From contig JAGOUZ010000004.1 in NCBI GenBank assembly GCA_018060985.1, positions 11,215-75,214 on the forward strand: DNA of 64,000 nucleotides. Direction: 5' to 3'. The notes under the pieces were generated by a model, which was not told the DNA's origin, did not search any database, and was given only the letters and a program-made list of their open reading frames with translations. Source of the stretch: Minisyncoccota bacterium. GTDB lineage: Bacteria > Patescibacteriota > Minisyncoccia > Phycocordibacterales > SBAW01. The translations under genes and the position numbers were made by a program. Positions 1 through 10,082 of the stretch are shown piece after piece (the stretch's first letter is position 1; every line of letters begins with the position of its first letter).

Positions 1-2
1 TC

Positions 3-962
3 CCAGCGCCAAACGGGGGAGCATTCAACGCTGGCCCAGACCAGGGTGCGCGCTTCTTGGATATCAACGGTAACGGCAAGTGGGGCAAGGCCATCAACTC
101 TGCATATGGCGACCGCCAAAATGGCACAGCCGTTATGTACGAGCCGGGCAAAATCATTATTGTTGGCGGAGTCAAAAATCCAAAAAAGAAGCCGACCAAC
201 ACAGCTGAACTTATCGATCTCAACGCAGCTTCTCCGAAGTGGACCAAGACGGGTTCTATGTCTACTATCCGCCGCCATGCAAACGGAACGCTGTTGCCTA
301 CAGGCGAAGTGCTAGTAACAGGTGGTACTACGGGTGTTAAAGATGATGCGTCTGCACCAGTATTTCTCGCCGAGTCTTGGACACCGTCTACCGGTACCTG
401 GAAGCAGCTCGCAAGCAACGCTACCTACCGCGGCTATCACTCAATAGCACTTCTTCTTCCTGACGCACGCGTGCTTATTGCCGGTGGCGAATTGAGCGGT
501 ACCAGCATGGAAATCTACTCTCCCGCATATCTCTTTAAAGGTGCACGCCCGACCATCGCGAGCGCCCCTGCTCAGGTTAACTACGGCGAGACCTTCTCTG
601 TGGAGACTCCGGATGCTGCAAACATTGCCTCAGTGCGCTTGATACGTATTGGTTCAGTAACGCACTCAATCAACATGAGTCAGGTAATAGACACCTTGAG
701 CTTTACCAAGCAAGCAAATGGTTTGCAGGTTACTGCAACGCCATTGTCAAAGAACGGCACTATAACTCCCGGTATCTACATGCTCTTCATCTTGAACGAT
801 GCAGGCGTACCTTCAGTTGCCAGCATGATACAGCTTGGTGACACTGAGTTTAACGTACCGGCAGCAGGAACCTTCAAGGCAATGGCAGTACCACAAGCAG
901 ATCCTACTATGCACGCCGACCACGAACACGCTGAGAACGACGAAGAGCCTGGAGATAACTAA
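3..962 (+). CDS. Galactose-oxidase/glyoxal-oxidase-like secreted protein (kelch beta-propeller plus C-terminal Ig-like DUF1929 domain); 5' end lies outside the window
   Basis: Frame 3 is open from base 3 with no upstream stop, so the gene is 5'-partial. The translation has GG-rich kelch-like blades (IIIVGG, VLVTGG, VLIAGG) and a C-terminal beta-sandwich typical of the galactose oxidase family. Confidence 0.5.
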   Translation, partial: PAPNGGAFNAGPDQGARFLDINGNGKWGKAINSAYGDRQNGTAVMYEPGKIIIVGGVKNPKKKPTNTAELIDLNAASPKWTKTGSMSTIRRHANGTLLPTGEVLVTGGTTGVKDDASAPVFLAESWTPSTGTWKQLASNATYRGYHSIALLLPDARVLIAGGELSGTSMEIYSPAYLFKGARPTIASAPAQVNYGETFSVETPDAANIASVRLIRIGSVTHSINMSQVIDTLSFTKQANGLQVTATPLSKNGTITPGIYMLFILNDAGVPSVASMIQLGDTEFNVPAAGTFKAMAVPQADPTMHADHEHAENDEEPGDN

Positions 963-1010
963 CTAAAGAGAAATAGGGGCTCCTTGTTCTAAAGTGGTAT
1001 ACTTTTCTCT

Positions 1011-2975
1011 ATGGCTCGTGAGGAGAAGAGTGGCGTAGAACGTCTAAAAAACAAGCTATACGCAAGGGGGCACAAGGATGACAATACTGCAGAGCGTAGC
1101 GCACTTTCGCCTTCCGGGGCTGAAGCTCCTAGGGCGTGGAAGGATATCCAGGAATCTCCAGAGGGGCCCTTGGCCTCCCAGCCTCCGGTAACAAGTACGG
1201 AGATGTCACGTCCTCTCATGACAGAGCCTAAACCGCATATGTCATTTGCAGCTAAATTTTTACTGGGTTCAATGGGGTTTTTTGTGATTGCCGCAGGAGT
1301 GGCCTCATATGTGTTTTTTGGAGGTGCCAATATTACGTCTCCTCAGAATATTGACGTTGAGGTGGTGGCGCCTTCTCTTGTTGATGGCGGTAAGGAAGTA
1401 CAATTTGAAATAATCATCCGCAACCGGAACACGAGCGATCTCGAGCTTGCTGACCTCGTTATCCTCTACCCGAAAGGTACGCGCAGTGCGCAGGATCCGA
1501 GTCAAGACTTAGTACACGAACGCCAGACCATTGGCGTCATCAAGTCGGGAGAAGAAATTAAGCGTACGGCGCACGCCCTCCTGTATGGAGAAGAGGGGGA
1601 GCAACAGACCGTTAACGTAACCCTTGAATACAGTGTTGCAAACTCAAACGCAGTATTTGAACGCTCCAGTCAGGCTCAGTTTCTTATAGGTTCTTCTCCT
1701 GTATCTCTTTCAGTAGAGTCGCCTCAAGAAACAGTATCAGGCCAGCCTTTTACACTTAATGTAACAGTGCGCTCTAATGCTACGACGCCGGTTAATGATC
1801 TGGTTATTAAAGGAGAGTTTCCATTTGGCTTCTCGGTTCTCTCGAGCGAACCTAGGGCCGACGCAGGCGGTCTGTGGCGCTTGGGTTCTCTGCAGCCCGG
1901 TCAGTCCCGCTCTATACGCTTGAGTGGCACCATAGAGGGGAGTGATGGCGACGAACGCGTCTTCCGTTTTATTGCGGGAGCAACAGACGACTCTACTGAC
2001 CCGACGGTGAAGGTGCCGTATATTACAATTCCTAAAAGTCTTACGGTGACGCGGCCGTTTATCGGCGGCACTATTTCTATTGGGGGACAGACCGGGAAAA
2101 CAATTACCGTGTCTCCAGGTTCTAAAGTAAGCGGTACGGTTAAGTGGCAAAACAATTTCTCTGAACCAGTAACAAACGTAGAACTTGCGCTGTACTTTAA
2201 TGGGCCAGCTATCGAGCCAGGTTCTATCGAGGGCACAGATGGGTTCTTTCAGTCGTCAAACAACAGCATTATCTGGAGCAAGGATGATAGCTCAGAGCTT
2301 GAGTCTATAGCGCCTGGGGGTTCTGGTACCTTCCAGTTTTCATTTAGAACAAAAGATGTTGGTTCGGGCGGTACGCTCATTACAAACCCCGTCATAGACA
2401 TGAACTTGTCGGTACGCGCCGTGCGTCCATCGTCTGGTGCTCCAGAAATAATTGACTCCGCTGCAACAGCGCGTGCAAGTTTGGCGTCAGCGCTTTCGCT
2501 CTCGTCTCAGGTGCTGCATTTCTCGGGACCGTTCTCAAACAAGGGGCCGATGCCTCCGCAGGTAGAGAAGCCAACCACCTACAGTGTTGTGTGGACCGTT
2601 AAGAATTCTTCAAACGCAGTAGGGAACGGTGTGGTAAGTGCCACGCTTCCGCCGTATGTAAGATTTGTTGTTGCCCAAGAAGGGAGTGCTATTACGTACA
2701 ACCAGGGAAGTCGCACCGTAACCTGGAATTTGGGCGATATTAAAGCAGGTGTTGGTTACACAACGAGCGCACGTACAGCCGCATTCCAGATTGAAATTAC
2801 CCCAAGCCTCTCGCAGCTTGGCGAGGTGCCGGTGTTGGTCAATGCAGCAAAGCTCTCTGGTCAGGACCGCTTTGCGCAGATACAGCTGAGTGCCGAGTCT
2901 GAGGTATCGACTACCAACCTGGTCGGAGAGTCGGGCTTTCAGTCTGGTATGGACATTGTTGCTCCAAAACAGTAA
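1011..2975 (+). CDS. Membrane-anchored protein: ~85-aa cytoplasmic N-terminal tail, one TM helix, then a large extracellular region of repeated beta-sandwich (DUF11/CARDB-like) domains
   Basis: 654-aa ORF. One hydrophobic helix (FLLGSMGFFVIAAGVASYVFF) is followed by Thr/Ser/Val-rich repeats with an alternating pattern. This architecture is common in CPR surface proteins. Confidence 0.4.
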   Translation: MAREEKSGVERLKNKLYARGHKDDNTAERSALSPSGAEAPRAWKDIQESPEGPLASQPPVTSTEMSRPLMTEPKPHMSFAAKFLLGSMGFFVIAAGVASYVFFGGANITSPQNIDVEVVAPSLVDGGKEVQFEIIIRNRNTSDLELADLVILYPKGTRSAQDPSQDLVHERQTIGVIKSGEEIKRTAHALLYGEEGEQQTVNVTLEYSVANSNAVFERSSQAQFLIGSSPVSLSVESPQETVSGQPFTLNVTVRSNATTPVNDLVIKGEFPFGFSVLSSEPRADAGGLWRLGSLQPGQSRSIRLSGTIEGSDGDERVFRFIAGATDDSTDPTVKVPYITIPKSLTVTRPFIGGTISIGGQTGKTITVSPGSKVSGTVKWQNNFSEPVTNVELALYFNGPAIEPGSIEGTDGFFQSSNNSIIWSKDDSSELESIAPGGSGTFQFSFRTKDVGSGGTLITNPVIDMNLSVRAVRPSSGAPEIIDSAATARASLASALSLSSQVLHFSGPFSNKGPMPPQVEKPTTYSVVWTVKNSSNAVGNGVVSATLPPYVRFVVAQEGSAITYNQGSRTVTWNLGDIKAGVGYTTSARTAAFQIEITPSLSQLGEVPVLVNAAKLSGQDRFAQIQLSAESEVSTTNLVGESGFQSGMDIVAPKQ

Positions 2976-2986
2976 AACGTATTGAT

Positions 2987-4309
2987 ATGGCAGAAGAAGG
3001 CTTGATGGAAAAGATAGTGTCGCTCTGCAAGCGTCGCGGTTTTGTGTATCAGGGCTCGGAGATTTATGGCGGCCTTGCTGGCACCTGGGACTATGGGCCC
3101 ATGGGTGTGGAGCTTAAAAACAATATAAAGAATCTGTGGTGGCGCATGTTTGTGCAGTCGCGCGACGACATGTACGGCGTTGACGCGGCGATTTTAATGC
3201 ATCCAAAAGTTTGGGAAGCCTCTGGTCACGTTGCTGGTTTTAGCGATCCATTGGTTGAATGTAAAAAATGTAAAAAACGTTTTCGCGCGGACCATGTGGG
3301 GGACAAGTGTCCCGAGTGTGGTGGCTCATTTGGTGATATCAAACAATTCAATATGATGTTTAAGACACATATTGGAGCCACGGAAGACTCCGCTTCCGTT
3401 TCGTATCTTCGTCCAGAGACTGCAGGGGGTATTTTTGTGAACTTTAAAAATGTTATCGATTCGCTCCACCCAAAGCTTCCTTTCGGTATCGGGCAAATTG
3501 GTAAAGCATTCCGCAATGAAATCGCTCCACGTGATTTTATCTTCCGTGTTCGTGAGCTTGAACAGATGGAGGTAGAGTATTTTGTCCGTCCAAGCGATTG
3601 GGAGAGCAAGTTTGAGGAGTGGCGCCAAGGTGTGCACGAATTCAATAAAGCAGTGGGTATTCCCGCAGACTCGGTGCACGAGCTTGAAGTGGGGGACGGT
3701 GACCGTGCTCACTACAGCAAGCGCACGATAGACTTCGAATTCGATTTTCCCTTTGGCCGCAAAGAGCTCTATGGCTTGGCATATCGTACTGACTTCGACC
3801 TGTCTGCGCATGAAAAGGGTTCAAGTGTTGAGCTTAAGTATCAGGACCCAGAAACCAACGAGAAATTTATCCCCCATGTTATCGAGCCCTCGTTTGGTGT
3901 AGACCGTACGTTTTTAGCAGTGCTTGCGTCTGCGTATACAGAAGACGATCTCGGTGGGGAAAAGCGCGTATACCTCAAATTTAAACCATCCGTAGCGCCG
4001 GTTAAGGCTATGGTGGCGCCGCTTCTTAAAAACAAACCCGAATTGGTGGCTAAGGCGCGCGAAGTGTACGCGGCTCTTAAAAAAGATATTCCGCAGATTA
4101 TGTGGGACGACAACGGTAACATCGGTAAACGCTATCGCAGGCAGGATGAAATCGGTACTCCGTGGTGCATTACGGTAGACTTCGACACGCTTGGCGAAAA
4201 ACCGGAGCTTGCGGACACGGTAACGCTGCGCGATCGCGACACTGGCGAACAAAAACGCGTCTCGCTCGCCGAACTCCCTTCGCTTCTGAAAGCTTCTATA
4301 GCGGTGTAG
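2987..4309 (+). CDS. glyQS: Glycine--tRNA ligase (class II, alpha2 type)
   Basis: The N-terminal region (IVSLCKRRGFVYQGSEIYGGLAGTWDYGPMGVELKNNIKNLWW) matches the GlyRS N-terminus and class II motifs. Length 440 aa. Confidence 0.9.
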   Translation: MAEEGLMEKIVSLCKRRGFVYQGSEIYGGLAGTWDYGPMGVELKNNIKNLWWRMFVQSRDDMYGVDAAILMHPKVWEASGHVAGFSDPLVECKKCKKRFRADHVGDKCPECGGSFGDIKQFNMMFKTHIGATEDSASVSYLRPETAGGIFVNFKNVIDSLHPKLPFGIGQIGKAFRNEIAPRDFIFRVRELEQMEVEYFVRPSDWESKFEEWRQGVHEFNKAVGIPADSVHELEVGDGDRAHYSKRTIDFEFDFPFGRKELYGLAYRTDFDLSAHEKGSSVELKYQDPETNEKFIPHVIEPSFGVDRTFLAVLASAYTEDDLGGEKRVYLKFKPSVAPVKAMVAPLLKNKPELVAKAREVYAALKKDIPQIMWDDNGNIGKRYRRQDEIGTPWCITVDFDTLGEKPELADTVTLRDRDTGEQKRVSLAELPSLLKASIAV

Positions 4310-4310
4310 A

Positions 4311-5384
4311 ATGGGGGAGATGAAGAATATCTCCATTAGTATCTCTCCCGGCAGCATCATTGTAGGAATTCTCCTTATACTCGGAGTGGCGGTGTTGTGG
4401 TACTTGCGCGACCTCGTGCTTATTTTGCTTACGGCAATTGTTATTGCCTCTGCTATGGAGCCCGCAGTGCATGCACTTATGCGTCGTAAGGTGCCGCGCC
4501 TCGCCGCGGTGGTGTTTATGTACCTCTTTGTGGCGAGTTTCTTTTTCAGTATTATCTTCTTCTTTGTACCGCCAGTTCTTGAAGACGCAGCCGCATTCTT
4601 CTCAAATCTTCCCGAGACCATTTCACAAATAGACGTAACGCAGGTTACCGGCTTTTTGCCGGAAAATTTGGCAAACTCGCTCTCCATTTCTGAACTACTG
4701 CAGGGGATCTCAGACTCACTAACCACTGCTTCTGGCGGTGCGGTGACAACGCTGTCCGTATTCTTTGGCGGTATTGCCTCATTTATTCTGATCGTGGTCT
4801 TTTCGTTCTATTTTTCTGTGCAGGAAACGGGTGTCGATGACTTTTTGCGAGTGATTACGCCCATAAAAGAACAAAACTACGTGCTCCATCTCTGGAAGCG
4901 CAGCCAGGACAAGATAGGCAAGTGGATGCAGGGGCAATTGGTCCTTGGCGTTATTGTGGGCGTCTTGGTGTATCTGGGGCTCATGATTCTTGGGGTGCCA
5001 TATGCCCTCCTTCTTGCCGTGCTTGCAGGCGTATTTGAGCTCATTCCGGTATTCGGCCCTATTCTCTCCGCAATACCCGCAATTGCCGTTGCGGTCACCC
5101 ATGGTGGAGTAACCGAAGGTATGCTGGTCCTCGGTCTCTATGTAGTGGTGCAGCAGTTTGAGGCGCACCTGATTTATCCGGTAGTGGTTAAGAAAGTCGT
5201 GGGTGTGCCGCCGCTCCTCGTGATTCTCTCGCTCATTGTGGGCTATGAGATAGCCGGATTCCTCGGCATACTCCTCTCGGTTCCGATCGCCGGCGCCATA
5301 CAGGAGTTTGTGTCAGATGTTGACCGTGCAAAAACCCGCGCTCTTGCGCATGCACATCTTGCGAAAGAGGACAGGGAAGAGTAG
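4311..5384 (+). CDS. AI-2E family transporter (UPF0118, PerM/YdiK-like) membrane protein
   Basis: 357 aa with 7-8 TM segments and the typical AI-2E topology and length. It abuts the glyQS stop. Confidence 0.6.
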   Translation: MGEMKNISISISPGSIIVGILLILGVAVLWYLRDLVLILLTAIVIASAMEPAVHALMRRKVPRLAAVVFMYLFVASFFFSIIFFFVPPVLEDAAAFFSNLPETISQIDVTQVTGFLPENLANSLSISELLQGISDSLTTASGGAVTTLSVFFGGIASFILIVVFSFYFSVQETGVDDFLRVITPIKEQNYVLHLWKRSQDKIGKWMQGQLVLGVIVGVLVYLGLMILGVPYALLLAVLAGVFELIPVFGPILSAIPAIAVAVTHGGVTEGMLVLGLYVVVQQFEAHLIYPVVVKKVVGVPPLLVILSLIVGYEIAGFLGILLSVPIAGAIQEFVSDVDRAKTRALAHAHLAKEDREE

Positions 5385-5393
5385 GTTGAGGCA

Positions 5394-6821
5394 ATGGCAG
5401 ACAAGAAATTTTATCTTACGACGCCCATTTTTTATCCAAATGCCAAACTGCATTTGGGCCACGCCTACACCACGACGGTGAGTGACATACTCGTGCGCTA
5501 TCACAAGCTCAAGGGAGAAGAGACGTACTTCCTAACCGGTTCAGATGAGAACACTCAAAAAGTTGTACTGGCTGCAAAGAAAGAGGGTATAGCGCCAGAA
5601 GTATTTTTAAACGAGATAGTTGAAAACTTTAAGTCGCTTTTTGCTACGCTCAACATCTCCTACGACCAGTTTATCCGCACCAGCGACAGCAAGGTGCACT
5701 GGCCGGGCGCGCAGGAGCTTTGGAAGAAACTCGATGCGTCTGGTGATTTGTATAAAAAAGAGTACGAAGGTTTATATTGTATAGGACACGAGGCTTTTAT
5801 TACCGAAAAAGAGTTGGTGGATGGCAAGTGCCCAGACCACGGCACCGCGCCTGAGTTTATTAAAGAAGAGAACTATTTCTTTAAGCTCTCCAAATATACC
5901 AGCGCCGTAAAAGAAAAAATTGAGTCTGGAGAACTTGCCGTCATTCCAGGCTCACGAAAGAACGAAATTCTCTCGCTGCTTTCTCAGGGTCTCGAGGACG
6001 TAAGTTTTTCCCGCCCACGCAAGGAGGGTTCAGTGGGAGTGCCGGTCCCAGGAGACGACTCGCAGGTGATGTACGTGTGGTGCGACGCCCTTTCAAACTA
6101 CATCACCGCGCTTGGCTATGGTCGCGATGATGAGCTGTATAAAAAGTTTTGGCCCGCGGATGTGCACGTGATAGGTAAAGATATTTTGCGCTTTCATGCC
6201 GCTATCTGGCCCGCGATGCTTCTTTCGGCAGGCTTGCCGCTCCCAAAAAGTCTTTTGGTGCATGGGTTTATTACCTCTGGCGGCAAAAAGATGTCAAAAA
6301 CGCTTGGTAATGTTATTGACCCTGAGGAGCTGTTACAAGAGTATGGCACCGATGCAGTGCGCTACTATCTGGCGCGACACATTTCACCATTTGATGATGG
6401 TGATATTACGCGCGAGCATTTTAAAGAGTCGTACAATGCTGACCTTGCCAACGGCCTCGGCAACTTGGCTGGACGCATCTTAACCCTCGCGCAAACGCAT
6501 CTTGCAAAGCCGGTTGAAGTGGTGTTTGTACCGTACCCTAGAGAGTTTACAGAAGCGCTTGATAATTTTGAGATTAATCGAGCCGCAGAATATATCGCTA
6601 CTCGCATTCAAGATCTCGACAAGCGCATTACCGAAGAGGCGCCGTTTAAAGTCGTCAAGACTGATCCCGAGCGGGGCAGAGAGCTCATTGCATCGTGCGT
6701 GCGCGAACTCGCGGCTATCGATCTCCTTATTGAACCGTTTATGCCAGAAACAAGTAAAAAGATTATCGAGGCCATTATGGCAAACAAAAAGCCAGAGACG
6801 CTGTTTGCTCGTAAAGATTAA
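5394..6821 (+). CDS. metG: Methionine--tRNA ligase, short form lacking the C-terminal tRNA-binding domain
   Basis: HLGH (HIGH-class) motif in PIFYPNAKLHLGHAYTTTVSDIL and a KMSKT motif (GGKKMSKTLGNVIDP). 475 aa. Confidence 0.9.
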   Translation: MADKKFYLTTPIFYPNAKLHLGHAYTTTVSDILVRYHKLKGEETYFLTGSDENTQKVVLAAKKEGIAPEVFLNEIVENFKSLFATLNISYDQFIRTSDSKVHWPGAQELWKKLDASGDLYKKEYEGLYCIGHEAFITEKELVDGKCPDHGTAPEFIKEENYFFKLSKYTSAVKEKIESGELAVIPGSRKNEILSLLSQGLEDVSFSRPRKEGSVGVPVPGDDSQVMYVWCDALSNYITALGYGRDDELYKKFWPADVHVIGKDILRFHAAIWPAMLLSAGLPLPKSLLVHGFITSGGKKMSKTLGNVIDPEELLQEYGTDAVRYYLARHISPFDDGDITREHFKESYNADLANGLGNLAGRILTLAQTHLAKPVEVVFVPYPREFTEALDNFEINRAAEYIATRIQDLDKRITEEAPFKVVKTDPERGRELIASCVRELAAIDLLIEPFMPETSKKIIEAIMANKKPETLFARKD

Positions 6822-6823
6822 CC

Positions 6824-7633
6824 ATGAAATATTTTGATGCACATACGCATGTGCAGTTTGTTGCGTTTAAGGATGACGCGGATGATGTGATGGCGCGCGC
6901 CAAAGAGGCGGGGGTGGGGATGAATATCGTGGGTACTCAGTACGACACATCAGCGCAGGCGGTGACACTGGCAGAAAAGTATGACGAAGCGTACGCAACG
7001 ATAGGCCTCCATCCTATACACACCAGCAAGTCACATCATGATGAGAAAGAGTTAGGGGAGGGAGGAAAAGAGTTTACTTCGCGTGGCGAGCAGTTTGATG
7101 CGGCTGCGTATGAAGCACTCGCTGAGTCTCCAAAAGTAATTGCGATAGGCGAGTGTGGGCTCGATTACTACCGGCTCGACGAGGCTACAAAAAAAGTTCA
7201 GGTAGAAAATTTTATTGCGCAAATTGAGTTGGCCAACAAACTGCGAAAGCCCTTAATGCTCCACATACGCCAGGCATATGCCGATGCGCTCGAGCTGTTG
7301 AAGGCCCATGCAAAGGTGAGAGGGGACGTACATTTTTTTGCAGGGGATTGGGGAGTAGCTAAGCAGTTTTTGGACCTAGGGTTTACCCTGTCATTTACGG
7401 GTGTCGTTACCTTTACCCACGACTACGATGAGGTTGTTAAAAATACTCCACTTGATATGATCCTTACGGAAACTGACGCACCCTATGTGACGCCCGTTCC
7501 ATATCGAGGCAAGCGTAACGAGCCGATGTACATACCGGAGATTGTGAAGAAAATTGCAGAGATCAAGGGCGTAGAGTTTGAGCAGGCACGGGAACAAATT
7601 CTTAAAAATACTGAACGAGTTTTTAATCTGTAA
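6824..7633 (+). CDS. tatD: TatD-family metal-dependent DNase/hydrolase
   Basis: Starts MKYFDAHTHVQF and carries the TatD motifs (IGECGLDYY, LHIR). 269 aa. Confidence 0.85.
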   Translation: MKYFDAHTHVQFVAFKDDADDVMARAKEAGVGMNIVGTQYDTSAQAVTLAEKYDEAYATIGLHPIHTSKSHHDEKELGEGGKEFTSRGEQFDAAAYEALAESPKVIAIGECGLDYYRLDEATKKVQVENFIAQIELANKLRKPLMLHIRQAYADALELLKAHAKVRGDVHFFAGDWGVAKQFLDLGFTLSFTGVVTFTHDYDEVVKNTPLDMILTETDAPYVTPVPYRGKRNEPMYIPEIVKKIAEIKGVEFEQAREQILKNTERVFNL

Positions 7634-7643
7634 GGTTGAAATT

Positions 7644-8147
7644 ATGAATACTATTTGGAAAAGTGTGGCCGTAGGGGCCGCGGTGGCCCTGGTTATTATT
7701 GGAGGTTTTTTTGCATACCGATCATTTTTTGGGGGGTCCGGGTACGTTGTGCCGCCACCGGGGGGAGAGTACGTAAACGAAGTGTATAACTTTACCGTTA
7801 ATATACCAAAAGGGTTTGGAGTGGGCGGGACTGAGCGCTCTATCGTGATTGAAGACAAAGACGGAAATGGCTTACAGATAGTTATTACACCGCTTGGCGA
7901 AGACATTCCCGTACTCACCGAAGAGCGCATACGGGCGGATATTCCCGACATACTGATTGAGCAGCCGCAGGTTGTTACGGTCTCAGGCGCCAATACCGGA
8001 CTCGCGTTTAGAAGCAACAATGCGGCCTTTGGGGGTGTTAGCCGTGAAGTGTGGTTTGTAGAGGACGGTAACCTGTATCAAATCATCACCTATGATCGTT
8101 TGAGACCGCTTTTGAGTGCTATTTTTGGCACCCTTAAGTTCTTGTAG
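7644..8147 (+). CDS. Hypothetical membrane-anchored/secreted protein
   Basis: The ORF track starts at 7578 inside tatD. The internal ATG at 7644 (MNTIWKSVAVGAAVALVIIGG) gives a signal/TM start just after the tatD stop, so I chose it. Confidence 0.4.
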   Translation: MNTIWKSVAVGAAVALVIIGGFFAYRSFFGGSGYVVPPPGGEYVNEVYNFTVNIPKGFGVGGTERSIVIEDKDGNGLQIVITPLGEDIPVLTEERIRADIPDILIEQPQVVTVSGANTGLAFRSNNAAFGGVSREVWFVEDGNLYQIITYDRLRPLLSAIFGTLKFL

Positions 8148-8201
8148 GTCCATATAGGAGCTTTATTTGCGCACCCCTAAACCTTGTGGTAGGGTAGGGC
8201 C

Positions 8202-8717
8202 ATGGCAGAAACATCGCAGGCTGACTCAGCCTCATCCCAAGCGAAGCCAATAGGAGACGGCCGCCCCGTATACGAGGTGGGTTTTCATGTTGTCCCGACC
8301 GTAGAGGAGGGTAACGTGGGAGGTGTCCTTGAGGCAATTCGTGCAGAACTTACTAAGGGAAACGCAGAAATTATTACTGAGCAGTTCCCACAAAAGATCG
8401 CGCTCGCGTACACTATTGAGCGCGCATCAGCTGGTAAACGTGAAAAGTATACAAGCGCTTATTTTGGTTCAATCAAATTTGCTACTGACCGTGAAAATAT
8501 TCCGGCTCTTGAAGCAATGGTGCGCAGCACAAACAACATCCTCCGCCATCTCTTGGTAGAAACCGTGCGCGAAGAGGCAACCGTCTCACGCCGTGCCGTG
8601 TTTGCCTCAAATCGTCTCGAGGGCGAGACCATCAAGAAGCCAACATCAACCCCAGAAGCTCCTAAAGAAGTTTCTGAGGAAGAGCTCCAGAAGAGTATCG
8701 ACGCTCTCGTCTCGTAA
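8202..8717 (+). CDS. rpsF: Ribosomal protein S6, with a ~40-50 aa C-terminal extension
   Basis: S6-like core (YEVGFHVVP...IALAYTIE...YFGSIKF). It sits in the conserved rpsF-ssb-rpsR arrangement. Confidence 0.75.
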   Translation: MAETSQADSASSQAKPIGDGRPVYEVGFHVVPTVEEGNVGGVLEAIRAELTKGNAEIITEQFPQKIALAYTIERASAGKREKYTSAYFGSIKFATDRENIPALEAMVRSTNNILRHLLVETVREEATVSRRAVFASNRLEGETIKKPTSTPEAPKEVSEEELQKSIDALVS

Positions 8718-8722
8718 TTGCC

Positions 8723-9184
8723 ATGTACATCAACAAAGCATTTCTTTTCGGCAACATAACCCGCGATCCGGAGCTCCGTTCCCTTCCTTCTGGAGGACAA
8801 GTGGCCTCATTTGGTCTTGCAACTAACCGTGTGTTTAAGAAAGCGGATGGTTCTAAGCAGGAGGCAACCGAGTTCCACAACATAGTAGTCTTTGGCCGTC
8901 AGGCAGAAACTACAGCGCAGTATCTTAAAAAGGGGAGTTCAGTTTTTGTTGAGGGTCGCATTCAGACACGTAGCTGGGACTCACCAGAGAAGGGAAAGCA
9001 GTATCGCACAGAGGTTATTGCCGAGCGTGTACAGTTTGGTCCACGCGCAGGAGGTGCTCCGGGCGGTGGGGCAACAGGGGGTGGCGCGCCTCGCAGCGAT
9101 GCAGAAGCGCCGCAGAAGGCTCCTAAGGAAGACTCGATAGAGTATCCGGAGGAAGACATTAACCCAGACGACATTCCGTTCTAA
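8723..9184 (+). CDS. ssb: Single-stranded DNA-binding protein
   Basis: OB-fold N-terminus ([16 protein letters not shown]...[12 protein letters not shown]), a Gly/Pro-rich linker and an acidic DDIPF C-terminal tip. Confidence 0.9.
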   Translation: MYINKAFLFGNITRDPELRSLPSGGQVASFGLATNRVFKKADGSKQEATEFHNIVVFGRQAETTAQYLKKGSSVFVEGRIQTRSWDSPEKGKQYRTEVIAERVQFGPRAGGAPGGGATGGGAPRSDAEAPQKAPKEDSIEYPEEDINPDDIPF

Positions 9185-9204
9185 TTTTCAATCAAAATAA
9201 CTTT

Positions 9205-9402
9205 ATGCAAAACGAAGCAGCAAACATTCAAGTAAGCCACATAGACTACAAGGATACTGAAACCTTGAAGCGCTTTATCAATCCGCACGGAAAGATCATG
9301 CCGCGCCGCCGCACCGGCCTCTCGGCAAGCAATCAGCGCGCCCTTGCAACCGCAGTGAAGCGTGCACGCTTTATGGCACTCTTGCCTTACATCGTTCGCT
9401 AA
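9205..9402 (+). CDS. rpsR: Ribosomal protein S18
   Basis: 65 aa with the S18 signature ([50 protein letters not shown]). Confidence 0.9.
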   Translation: MQNEAANIQVSHIDYKDTETLKRFINPHGKIMPRRRTGLSASNQRALATAVKRARFMALLPYIVR

Positions 9403-9410
9403 ATAAAAAA

Positions 9411-9436
9411 GCCCGGAGAAATCCGGGCTTTTTTAT
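9411..9436. terminator. Bidirectional rho-independent terminator shared by rpsR (+) and efp (-)
   Basis: GCCCGGA-gaaa-TCCGGGC hairpin with an A-run before and a T-run after. The efp stop codon lies at 9436-9438 on the minus strand. Confidence 0.7.
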
Positions 9437-10005
9437 TATTTCTTATCTACTCGCTCAACGTACTGACTTAGCTCAGTATTGATGCGAACAATGTCTCCCT
9501 CGTTTATAAACAGCGGGGCATTAATGGTGGCGCCGGTCTCAAGTACTATCTGTTTGTTGCCACCCTGAGCGGTGTTGCCGCGCACGGCTGGCGGTGCTTC
9601 TTTAACCAGAAGCTCCACTTTGATAGGGATTTTAACGCCGATGATCTTCTCGTCAAAGACGAGAGCTTCAACAACCGTATTTGTTTTTAGGAATTGCCCT
9701 GCAGGACCTATCATATCTGAGTCTAATTTAAAGCGGTCAGCAGGATCTTTTTCTGAGCAAAACCATTTTTCGCCTTTGTTTTCATACAAATATTTAACAT
9801 TTCGCGTTGAGAGATCTGCCTCTGGCACCTTTTCTGATACATGAAAGGCCTGCTCGGTAACGCGGCCAGTAATAAGGTGGCGCAACTTGGTCTGGTTTAC
9901 CGGCTTGCGCTGCTGTTTGCGAAATACGTGCGCATCGAGGACCTCGTACGGTTCGCCGTCGAGTAGAATGACCTTCTTAGGCAAAATCTCATTATATTCA
10001 AGCAT
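9436..10005 (-). CDS. efp: Elongation factor P
   Basis: 189 aa with KOW/OB domains (MLEYNEI...VKIPIKVELLVKEAPP). Confidence 0.85.
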   Translation of the reverse strand: MLEYNEILPKKVILLDGEPYEVLDAHVFRKQQRKPVNQTKLRHLITGRVTEQAFHVSEKVPEADLSTRNVKYLYENKGEKWFCSEKDPADRFKLDSDMIGPAGQFLKTNTVVEALVFDEKIIGVKIPIKVELLVKEAPPAVRGNTAQGGNKQIVLETGATINAPLFINEGDIVRINTELSQYVERVDKK

Positions 10006-10082
10006 TACCGCATTCTACACAAAAACCCTTATGCAGCAAGCTGAAACTTCTCCCAACGGGGACTGGTTGTAATAGTAGACCA

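Noticed and set aside
7578-7643. ORF-track start at 7578 for the gene after tatD (overlapping tatD by 56 nt)
   Set aside because: The internal ATG at 7644 begins a canonical signal/TM segment right after the tatD stop, so the longer N-terminus is unlikely.
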